The notes beneath the pieces were generated by a model, which was given only the letters and a program-made list of their open reading frames with translations, did not search any database and was not told the DNA's origin. The position numbers were made by a program, and so were the translations under genes. A DNA stretch of 21,039 bases from Candidatus Krumholzibacteriia bacterium (GTDB lineage Bacteria; Krumholzibacteriota; Krumholzibacteriia; LZORAL124-64-63): NCBI GenBank assembly GCA_036351155.1, contig JAZBOO010000265.1, positions 1 through 21,039 of the forward strand, read 5' to 3'. This document shows, one piece after another, positions 1 through 7,341 of this stretch (the first letter of the stretch is position 1; each line of letters begins with the position of its first letter).

Positions 1-1870
1 CGTAGATGGTCTGGGAGACGGAGGCATCCAGGGTGTAATGGCCTGATTCACCCACGAAGCGGAACACGCCAACATCCAGATCCGGCATGGTGGTGAGGTT
101 GTCGTTGATCAGGACGTACTCGATGTGGTCCGGGCCAAACCAGCTCAGGGCCAGATCGGTGAGAAATCCGTCCTTGGATCCGCCCGAGGGCGGGAACAAC
201 GCCAGGTCCATGTCGTTGCCGGGCTCCGCGGCCATGGCCACCGCCCGCCAGTATTGATTGGAAGAACCTATCCGGTACCCGTTACAGTTCAGGCCCGCGG
301 GCTCACCGCTGTTGATGCGGCCAAAGTTGCCCAGAGCCATCCCTGCGCTCTCCCCAAAGTGCAGCCCGCCGAAGGTCAGCAGTGCCGGCTCCCAGACAAA
401 CTGCTCGCACCAGAAATTGTTGCTGCGATCGTAGTCGGGCTGATTTCCCTCGGGATCCACCTCCAGCATCCAGGTGTGACGCCCGCCAGGGATTTCCTTG
501 GGGCCGATGTTGATGACGGGGTAGCTGCCGTCCGGATACATGACATCCAGGTACGCGAGGTAGTGGCCATATCCGGAATCGAGGGGCAGGCCGTCCATGG
601 TGGTCATGGTCTGGACCCCCGAAGCGGGCATGTTACCCCGGTTGCCCACGGCCTGATTGAAATAGGTGCCAGGAACCCAGCCGGGCAGGGCAGGGGACAG
701 TGGCATCGATTGAACCGTGCCGTCCGCCGCGTTCCGGGGCACCAGCGGGCTATGCCAGCCGGCCATCTGGACGGGCTTGAGGTCCAGGAAGGAGGTGCTG
801 GTGCTGATGGTGTACTCCAGGGGATAGTCGCCGTGATTCCAGTCGCGGCTGATCACCAGGGCATACTGTCCAGCTTCCGAAAAATCCATCACGAGATTGG
901 CGAGGCCGTCCAGGTCCGGCTGAGCAGATGCCACCTGCTGAGAGGGGCCGCCATAGGCCAGGGACGGAGGATAAACCCGAAGGGTGTAATGCAGGGAGCC
1001 GGGAGACTCGACCTGCACCAGCATCTCGCCCACTTCATGGGGCTCGATGTCCAGACTGAAAACCGCCAGAAAATCTCCGGAGTCCAGCATCTGGAAACTG
1101 GAGGCGTCTGGTTGCAAGGGGCTGTCGGAAATCCGCTCGATCACGAAAGAGGAATCGCCGCTGTAGTTGGTCACACCGGCATTGAAGGTGGCGACCCCCG
1201 TTTGCTGGCGATTGACGAGGACGAAATCCAGAGTGCCACCGGCCTGAACCGAGTTGGTCAAAAGAGAAACAAATCCGTCATCCCAGGTCCCTGGTTCGGC
1301 GTACAGACTGAGATCGTAGTCGCTGTAGCCATCCAGAGAGGATAGCGCCACGGCCGACCAGGTCGAACCGCTGACAAACGAGAACCCGTCACAGTTGTAA
1401 CCGGCGGCGGGGACGGCAAGGTCGCCAAATCCAGCCGTGGGCAGGGGAGGTGGGTCCCGGAAAACCGGGGTGTCTGGGGGAAGAGCCAGCGGGGTCCAGA
1501 CAAACTGGCGGCCCCAGTTGTTGTTGGTTTCATCGCTCTCGGGAATGGTGTTGTAGGGGTCATACCGGACAGTCAATGTGTGGCGGCCGCCGCGGATGTT
1601 CACCGGTCCAAGGTCAGCAGCAAAAAACCACTGGCCCGGCGGCATGGGGGAATAAGTGACAGGGAAGATCGGTTCCCCATCCAGGGAAACTTCTGTCAGC
1701 AGGTTGCTTACCGTGGGGGCATTCCCGGCATTCAGGCCCGCGAAATTCAGATACGTGGTTTCCTCGTTGCCGAACAGGACCGGAGGGAGCCACACGTAAG
1801 GCGGTGTGTGAAGTTCACTGGTCGGCACCAGGGGATAGGACCACTCCGGAACATCCAGCCAGGAAAGGTC
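1..1870 (-). repeat. Protein-level internal duplication: unit 1 ~1870-785, unit 2 784 to beyond the window edge
   Basis: Colinear matching motifs: WSYPLVP/WHSPLVP, TYLNFAGLNAGNAP/TYFNQAVGNRGNMP, GGRHT at 1577-1591 and 473-487 (1104 nt apart), NNNWGRQFVWTP/NNFWCEQFVWEP, YNCDGF/LNCNGY, WSAVAL/WRAVAM, DYDLSLY/DMDLALF, DFVLVN/EYVLIN. Confidence 0.9.
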
Positions 1871-1945
1871 CGGCTGAGCTTGAACATCGGGAGCCAGGGA
1901 TACCAGGAACGCCAGGAGGCACAGAGTTATCATGATCGCTTTCAT
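1..1945 (-). CDS. Large secreted protein with tandem ~365-aa repeats (CARDB-like plus PPC-like beta-sandwich modules); 3' partial, at least 648 aa
   Basis: Not in the ORF track because there is no stop in the window. Translated by hand from ATG at 1945, with SD AGGAGG at 1951-1956; the frame is open to the window edge. N-terminus MKAIMITLCLLAFLVSLAPDVQA-Q is a Sec signal peptide. It contains CARDB-like 'GGRHTLTVRYDPYNTIPESDETNN' and PPC-like 'DYDLSLY'. Domain names come from motif recognition, not a search. Confidence 0.9.
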   Translation of the reverse strand, partial: MKAIMITLCLLAFLVSLAPDVQAQPDLSWLDVPEWSYPLVPTSELHTPPYVWLPPVLFGNEETTYLNFAGLNAGNAPTVSNLLTEVSLDGEPIFPVTYSPMPPGQWFFAADLGPVNIRGGRHTLTVRYDPYNTIPESDETNNNWGRQFVWTPLALPPDTPVFRDPPPLPTAGFGDLAVPAAGYNCDGFSFVSGSTWSAVALSSLDGYSDYDLSLYAEPGTWDDGFVSLLTNSVQAGGTLDFVLVNRQQTGVATFNAGVTNYSGDSSFVIERISDSPLQPDASSFQMLDSGDFLAVFSLDIEPHEVGEMLVQVESPGSLHYTLRVYPPSLAYGGPSQQVASAQPDLDGLANLVMDFSEAGQYALVISRDWNHGDYPLEYTISTSTSFLDLKPVQMAGWHSPLVPRNAADGTVQSMPLSPALPGWVPGTYFNQAVGNRGNMPASGVQTMTTMDGLPLDSGYGHYLAYLDVMYPDGSYPVINIGPKEIPGGRHTWMLEVDPEGNQPDYDRSNNFWCEQFVWEPALLTFGGLHFGESAGMALGNFGRINSGEPAGLNCNGYRIGSSNQYWRAVAMAAEPGNDMDLALFPPSGGSKDGFLTDLALSWFGPDHIEYVLINDNLTTMPDLDVGVFRFVGESGHYTLDASVSQTIY

Positions 1946-1954
1946 GGTCGCCTC

Positions 1955-2347
1955 CTAGCGGTGCGCAGGTTTGTTGAAGGGTTGACCCGGTCCGGCGCGA
2001 TGATCGCGGGGGGAGGTCAGGCGATCGATCATATCTTCCAGCTGGGCCACGTTTTCGGTCTGTTGCTTTTCACGAGCGACCCGCAGCTGCACCTGCAGCA
2101 CCTGAACACGGGATTCTCGCTTGATCCGGGATATTTCCTGAAGGAAGTCCAGGTTCTGGCGTGCGGTGGGCGCAGCATTGGCCAACAACTCGTCTATCCT
2201 GGCCTGGGCGCTGTCCAGGATGCTCTGGATCTCCTGGGAAACCTGCAAGGGGTTGAGGGGCGGAGTGGGGCATTCTTCTTTTTCAGGGCTGGCAGCAGCA
2301 GGGGCGACCCACAGGCACAGCATGAGCATGCAAATGACCGGTTTCAT
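1955..2347 (-). CDS. Small exported alpha-helical/coiled-coil hypothetical protein (130 aa)
   Basis: Start reassigned to ATG 2347, with SD GAGGAG at 2354-2359. MKPVICMLMLCLWVAPAAA-S is a signal peptide, followed by Q/E/R/L-rich amphipathic helices. Its TAG stop overlaps the SD of the next gene. Confidence 0.8.
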   Translation of the reverse strand: MKPVICMLMLCLWVAPAAASPEKEECPTPPLNPLQVSQEIQSILDSAQARIDELLANAAPTARQNLDFLQEISRIKRESRVQVLQVQLRVAREKQQTENVAQLEDMIDRLTSPRDHRAGPGQPFNKPAHR

Positions 2348-2401
2348 GGGAATCTCCTCGGGTGTGGTGCACACAGTCCGGTTCGGGACTTCAGGAGGTG
2401 G

Positions 2402-2427
2402 GACGTAGCCGTGGAGGGAAAATCACA
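2402..2427 (-). promoter_or_regulatory. Possible ECF-sigma-type promoter (TGTGAT-N16-CGTC) upstream of the small and large secreted protein pair
   Basis: The minus strand reads TGTGAT tttccctccacggcta CGTC in the 91-nt gap after the CHAT gene. CGTC -10 boxes with ~16-nt spacers are typical of several ECF groups. Pattern match only. Confidence 0.3.
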
Positions 2428-2438
2428 GAGGGGGGCGA

Positions 2439-5120
2439 TTATTTTCGGATCAGCCGCCGAGCCAGGACGAGAATCGGGAGAAGAGACGCCAGAAGAAACG
2501 GCCAGCGCACAGGCCACCTGCGGTCCAGGTCCACCACCACTGCGCCATCACCCAGCACCGTGAATCCGGCCCAGTAAAAGGGGTGACCAGTGAGAGGGTG
2601 CTGCCTGATGTCCTGCTGGGCCCGTTGCAGGGCGACGTCCACGGGATGGCCACCGGACAGGTGGCCATAGAAAGCGACCATCAGTTCCGCGGTCACCGCG
2701 TCATCCACCGGCCACAGAGACATGACCACGGCCCGGGATCCGGCGGCCAGAAAAGCGCTGCCCAGACCCAGGGTGCCTTCACCGGAAATGAGGTGGCCAC
2801 CCCCGGTGTCGCAACCGGAAAGGACAACCAGAGGGGAATGCAAGGAGAGCTGGGCGATCCGATCGGCCCGCAGGGTGGGCATGGCCGGAGCTCCCAGGTA
2901 AAGGCTGGAGGCCCATGGCGTTTGGTCGTTCGCCTCGGCATGGGTCGCAAAATGGAGTATGGCATATCGGGCCCAGTCCCGGGCGGGATCCCGGGGGGCG
3001 ATCTCGAGCCGGGAACCCAGGACCTTGTCCGCGTGGCGGAAATCATTCTGGATGCGCTCGGTTTCGGTGAGGGTCCCGGGCAAAGACATGCTGTCGGGCG
3101 TGGTGGCGGCCGCCAGCAGGAAGAGGCCGTGCCCCCTGGACTCGTGGCCGAGGTGGTTCTCGGCGAGGGGCAACCCCAGGGCGGGTACGCGGCTGGAAGC
3201 CACGTCCGGCGGAAGCAAGGCGGCCAGAGGCAGCAGGTGCATGATCCCGTCGGGCACCACGGTCAGACGCGTGTGAGAATCCAGTTCGGCCCAGACCGGA
3301 CCGAACAGCAACTGGCCCAGGTGCTGGGCCGCTTCCAGAACGGGTTCGGCCGAGGGACAAAGCCCAGGATCACTCATCAACCGCCGCAGGAGGCGGATCC
3401 GCGGGGCCATGACTGATTCGGAAGGAAGCCGATAGAAGGTCAACTCCCCATTGCTGCGGACAAAGACCACCGACTGCGGGTTTCCGAGATAGAAATCGAG
3501 CAGGAGCTGATGGTTCCGTTCCGGCAGGGGCGCGTTCACCGGGCCGTGATTGCCCAGAATGCGTTCCTGCAGGGTACGGGCCTTGAACTGACGGGCCTCG
3601 GCGGACGCCTGGTGGACCGCCGACCCGGTGCGGCCATCCGGCAGATCCTTCAAGATGGCCAGGGCCAGGGCGGCCGCCAGGCCATTCTGCCGCCGACCTC
3701 CTCGGATTTCCCGCCACATGAGGTTTCCCGGAATGCCCCGGACGGATTCCCAGGAGGCGGCCGCCTGGCGCAGGGCGGTCAAGGCTTCCTCCTGCCGATC
3801 CAGGTCCTGCAGACAATCGGCCCGCAACCGGTAGATCTGCTGCAGCTCACCTTGCAGGTTCATGTCCCGCGCCAGCTGTTCAAGCGCGGTGGTGGCTTCC
3901 AGGGCCGAGGGTGCTTGACCGAGGGATCGCTCCACCTTGGCGAGCTCAAGCTTCAGATGAAGACGCGCCTGGCCGGCAGCGGCCTGATCCAGCTGAAGCA
4001 GACCCGATTCCAGAACGGCATGGGCCGCGGCCAGGCTATCCTGGGCGACCAGGGCCCGGGACAAGCCCAGCAGGTGCTTGGCCTGGTCGACCACATCGCG
4101 GGGCCCACCTTGCAAGGCTTGACGGTGCGTTGAGGCGGCCTGGGCGAAGCGCCCGTTCATCAGATGGAGCCGACCGATGCGATCCTGAACGGTGGGTTCA
4201 CGGTCGGAAAATCCTCCGGCCCGACAATCAGCCAGCAACCGGTTCAGGAGCTCGGTGGCCTCGTCAAAACGGCCCAGTTCCAGGAGGCAGTCGGCGATGT
4301 TGACGCCGGAGATGATCGCGTCCTGCTTTTGTTCGAGCTCAATCTGGAGGGTCCAGGCCCGGCGATAACTCTCCAGCGCAGAGCCGGGATCTCCCCTGGC
4401 GAAGGCCAGGCTGCCCCGGTTGTTCTCGGCCAGGGCTTCGGCGGCCGGGTAGCTGACCTTCCTGGCCACGGTGACCACCTCCTGATAGCAGGCCAGCGCC
4501 TGGTCCAGATGGCCGGCCTGCTGGAGAGAGGCCCCCAGCCCGTTGAGGGCCCAGATGCGCGGTTGATGCTGGCCCAGCTGGGCGAACAGGCCGGCAGCCT
4601 GACGGTAGTCTTGCTCGGCGGAAGGATAGTCACCCTCCAGGGTGGCCAGATACGCCAGGCCGACCAGGCTCCAGGCCTGGTGCTTGGTGTCCCCGGCGAT
4701 TCGGGCCAGGCTGTTCATGCGCACATAGAGGGAGTGAGCTTCCTGCAGGCGACCCTGCTGGTCCAGGCTGTAACCCAGCCAGCGCAGGGCGTCGCCCAGG
4801 GCCAGAGTGTCTCTGAGAGATTCCGCGAGAGTGGAGGCTTCGACCAGCAGGGGCTCGCCATCCTTCGGTCGTCCGTAGGACGCGTAAAGCCGTCCCAGTT
4901 TGGCCGTCAAGGGTTGCAGGGCAAGGGTATCACCGTGGGTTCGAGCCTGGCCCAGCAGGCGGGTGGCCAGTTCCTCGGCTTCATCCACCTGGTGGTGCAC
5001 ATGCAGGGAGTCGAGTTTCGCCAGGTGCTGGGGAAAGTCAGAAGGAGTGGCCCGGCCAGGGGCCACTCCCCAGAGTGCCATGAGAAAACCCAGGGCGACC
5101 AGGTTTTGCCACCTGGTCAC
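2439..5120 (-). CDS. TPR-repeat plus CHAT domain (caspase HetF-associated, clan CD) protease with signal peptide and C-terminal membrane anchor (893 aa)
   Basis: GTG start overlaps the upstream TGA. Signal-peptide-like N-terminus, then many TPR-like helical repeats (e.g. ALNGLGASLQQAGHLDQALACYQE). CHAT motifs: VVPDGIMHLLPL, ILHFATHA (catalytic His, 2940-2942), VVLSGCDTG (catalytic Cys, 2811-2813), AGSRAVVMSLWPVDD, HPFYWAGF. Tail is WPFLLASLLPILVLA-RRLIRK. Confidence 0.93.
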   Translation of the reverse strand: MTRWQNLVALGFLMALWGVAPGRATPSDFPQHLAKLDSLHVHHQVDEAEELATRLLGQARTHGDTLALQPLTAKLGRLYASYGRPKDGEPLLVEASTLAESLRDTLALGDALRWLGYSLDQQGRLQEAHSLYVRMNSLARIAGDTKHQAWSLVGLAYLATLEGDYPSAEQDYRQAAGLFAQLGQHQPRIWALNGLGASLQQAGHLDQALACYQEVVTVARKVSYPAAEALAENNRGSLAFARGDPGSALESYRRAWTLQIELEQKQDAIISGVNIADCLLELGRFDEATELLNRLLADCRAGGFSDREPTVQDRIGRLHLMNGRFAQAASTHRQALQGGPRDVVDQAKHLLGLSRALVAQDSLAAAHAVLESGLLQLDQAAAGQARLHLKLELAKVERSLGQAPSALEATTALEQLARDMNLQGELQQIYRLRADCLQDLDRQEEALTALRQAAASWESVRGIPGNLMWREIRGGRRQNGLAAALALAILKDLPDGRTGSAVHQASAEARQFKARTLQERILGNHGPVNAPLPERNHQLLLDFYLGNPQSVVFVRSNGELTFYRLPSESVMAPRIRLLRRLMSDPGLCPSAEPVLEAAQHLGQLLFGPVWAELDSHTRLTVVPDGIMHLLPLAALLPPDVASSRVPALGLPLAENHLGHESRGHGLFLLAAATTPDSMSLPGTLTETERIQNDFRHADKVLGSRLEIAPRDPARDWARYAILHFATHAEANDQTPWASSLYLGAPAMPTLRADRIAQLSLHSPLVVLSGCDTGGGHLISGEGTLGLGSAFLAAGSRAVVMSLWPVDDAVTAELMVAFYGHLSGGHPVDVALQRAQQDIRQHPLTGHPFYWAGFTVLGDGAVVVDLDRRWPVRWPFLLASLLPILVLARRLIRK

Positions 5121-5761
5121 CGGAACAAGGCCTTCACCCCGGACCAGGTGGTCGGTTCGGAAGCCACGGTGCCGTCGACCAGGATCCCGATGGCATCCAG
5201 ATCGGGGCTGCCGTACGGCCCGTATCCCCGTTGCACGGTGACACGCAGATCGGCCAGGGGACAGGTCCAGTCGCCCAGGTCGATCAGCACGAATTGCCAG
5301 GGTCCTTCACCATCGTCGGGCGCGATGCCGAAGAACTCGGTGTAGGCTTCTGTGGTGAGGGTGCTGCTGGCCAGGGCCTGGTCGGGCATGTCCAGGGACA
5401 AGGCCGAAGGACCGCCGGCAAAGGTCCAGCCCGAAAGTTCGAAAGAAGTGCCCCACGCCTCGAAGGCGATCACGTCGGCCAGCATGACCAGCCCGGTGTC
5501 CACCCCCAGCAGGGCGGCCAAGTTTTCCGGAGCGAGGTCTACTCCTCCTGTGAAGTCGAAAAAGGTGGCGGAGGAGTTGGTCCCGGCGAACTCAGCCACC
5601 CGACCATCCGGCGGGCCAAGCACCGTTTCGGCATACAAGACAGGCAGTTCCCCCTGCTCGAATGCGCCGGGCCAGTGGATTTCCATCGCGTGGGCGTCTG
5701 GGGTCAGGAACATCGTCAGCAGGATGACCCAGGCCAGCGCGCAGTTATGTGCTCTGTTCAT
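5117..5761 (-). CDS. Secreted acidic hypothetical protein with C-terminal 'VASEPTTWSGVKALFR' tail (214 aa)
   Basis: Start reassigned to ATG 5761, an ATGA overlap with the upstream stop. Signal peptide MNRAHNCALAWVILLTMFLTPDAHA-M. Contains LGPPDG and PDLDAI motifs in an acidic, beta-rich mature region. Confidence 0.82.
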   Translation of the reverse strand: MNRAHNCALAWVILLTMFLTPDAHAMEIHWPGAFEQGELPVLYAETVLGPPDGRVAEFAGTNSSATFFDFTGGVDLAPENLAALLGVDTGLVMLADVIAFEAWGTSFELSGWTFAGGPSALSLDMPDQALASSTLTTEAYTEFFGIAPDDGEGPWQFVLIDLGDWTCPLADLRVTVQRGYGPYGSPDLDAIGILVDGTVASEPTTWSGVKALFR

Positions 5762-7305
5762 TTCGCCAGCACCACTTTCTGAGTGGTCACCTGATCGGCG
5801 ACCGTCAATCGAGCGAAGTACAGCCCGCTGGGGGCGGGGTGTCCGGAACTGTCCAGGCCATGCCAACGGAGCGTGTGCGGACCGGTGGCCAGATGCCTGT
5901 CGACCAGACGGGTCATCAGGCGCCCGCGGCTGTCAAAAATATCCAGCTGGACCTCGGCTGCGCCGGCCAGTGAAAACTCCAGGTTCACCACCGGGTTGAA
6001 GGGGTTGGGCCAGGCGTGCAGTGCGGTGGGCGCGGGGGGAACCTCGGGGTCCGGCGCGGGGGAGGATGGAAGGAGCCTGGCTACCCAAACCTGGGCGGGG
6101 TGGGGAATGCCCGCGATGGTGTCGCGCCGGGTTCCCGCCAGCACCGGGACGTCGTTGGGGCTGATGCCCAGAGCCAGACGGTTCTGGATGGGGCCGCTGG
6201 GCAGTGCATCCAGAAAGTCACCGGCGTCCTCCCACTGTCCTTGCCGGCCCACCCGGTATTCCAGGTAACGCCGGTGGGGGGTCAGGTCCTCGGCCGAGTC
6301 CAGCTGGTACCACAGAGCGTGTACGGTGCCGTCGGATTCTACATCCAGACAGGGCGACATGGGCCAGTTGAAGTAGCCGTGGTCCACCGTCAGGTGGTCG
6401 CAAGAGCTCCAGTCCAGACCCTCGCCGAACTGGTGATAGATCGATCCGCAGGGACAGGTGGGCTGGGGTCCCAGGCCCAGGATGTTCTTCTCCAGCTGGT
6501 AGGAGGTGACCACGTCAAAGGGCCCGCCAAAGCAGGTGCCGCCCGACGGGCCAGCGGGGACAAGGGCGGGTTCGGTCCAGCTCAGGTCCAGATTGCGGGA
6601 ACGGTAAACCAGCTCCGTGTCTTCGGCGCCCAGACGCAAAAAGTAAACCGTGGGCAGGGGACCCGCCGGGCCCAGGTGCCAGGAGACCTGGGGAAAGGGC
6701 GGGGGATAGAATGCGGAGCTGTCCATCAGGATTTCCGGTTCCGACCAGCCGAACGCCGACCGTGAAGCGAAATACACGCGACCCGATTCGGTGCCGGGAT
6801 TGCCCGAGGAGTTCCAGGTCAGATACACCGCAGGGCCGGCCGCTTCACTGGCCACTCCCCAAAGGTCCAGGCTGAGGATTTCTCCACCTGCATCCATCAT
6901 GTGGACATTCTCTGTGTCCCAGTTTCCTTCCAGGTCCGACTGGTACAGCAGGATGAAGGGGCTGCTGGCCACCGCCAGGGTGAAACCGTTTCGGCTCCAG
7001 CAAAGCTTGGCCGAGCTGCCGGCGGTCACCGTGACCGGTTCGGGCCAGGGGCCTTCCTTGTCGGGTAAACCGGTGGCCGCAGGTTGAGTGGGCATCAGCT
7101 GGGTGACGATGAAGCGCATGGTCACCACCCCGTCGGCGGCAAAGCTGACCATGGTCAACCCGTCGTCCGAAGATGCGACCTCGGGGCTCAGGCAATCATG
7201 CTCGGGAAATTCGATGGTGGAGAAGACAAAGACAGGGCCGGCGTGGGACAAGCCCGCCGAGATCACCAGGATACCGGCGTACAAAAACAAGGCGATGGTC
7301 TTCAT
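5758..7305 (-). CDS. Secreted protein (possible beta-propeller/BNR-like body) with C-terminal FlgD-Ig / T9SS type A-like sorting domain (515 aa)
   Basis: ATG 7305 with a GGAGG SD. Signal peptide ...ISAGLSHA-G. Repeated W-S/T/P-E-P elements (GPWPEPV, FGWSEPE, LSWTEPA). A Pro-rich linker precedes AWPNPFNP..LEFSL...V.LDIFDSRGRL...W.GLDSSG...PSGLYFARL...QKVVLAK. Confidence 0.88.
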   Translation of the reverse strand: MKTIALFLYAGILVISAGLSHAGPVFVFSTIEFPEHDCLSPEVASSDDGLTMVSFAADGVVTMRFIVTQLMPTQPAATGLPDKEGPWPEPVTVTAGSSAKLCWSRNGFTLAVASSPFILLYQSDLEGNWDTENVHMMDAGGEILSLDLWGVASEAAGPAVYLTWNSSGNPGTESGRVYFASRSAFGWSEPEILMDSSAFYPPPFPQVSWHLGPAGPLPTVYFLRLGAEDTELVYRSRNLDLSWTEPALVPAGPSGGTCFGGPFDVVTSYQLEKNILGLGPQPTCPCGSIYHQFGEGLDWSSCDHLTVDHGYFNWPMSPCLDVESDGTVHALWYQLDSAEDLTPHRRYLEYRVGRQGQWEDAGDFLDALPSGPIQNRLALGISPNDVPVLAGTRRDTIAGIPHPAQVWVARLLPSSPAPDPEVPPAPTALHAWPNPFNPVVNLEFSLAGAAEVQLDIFDSRGRLMTRLVDRHLATGPHTLRWHGLDSSGHPAPSGLYFARLTVADQVTTQKVVLAK

Positions 7306-7341
7306 GGGTCCCCCTCCCAGTTCGACATGTGGGCGAAGCAG

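Noticed and set aside
125..2563. Plus-strand ORFs 125..1345 (406 aa) and 1580..2563 (327 aa)
   Set aside because: Antisense shadows of the real minus-strand genes, which have SD sites, signal peptides and internal repeats. The translations have no recognisable motifs.
2439..5120. CHAT gene as part of a CRISPR type III-E (Craspase) or gasdermin-type defence locus
   Set aside because: No CRISPR array, cas gene, gasdermin-like gene or sigma-factor gene in the window, and the protease appears to be exported.
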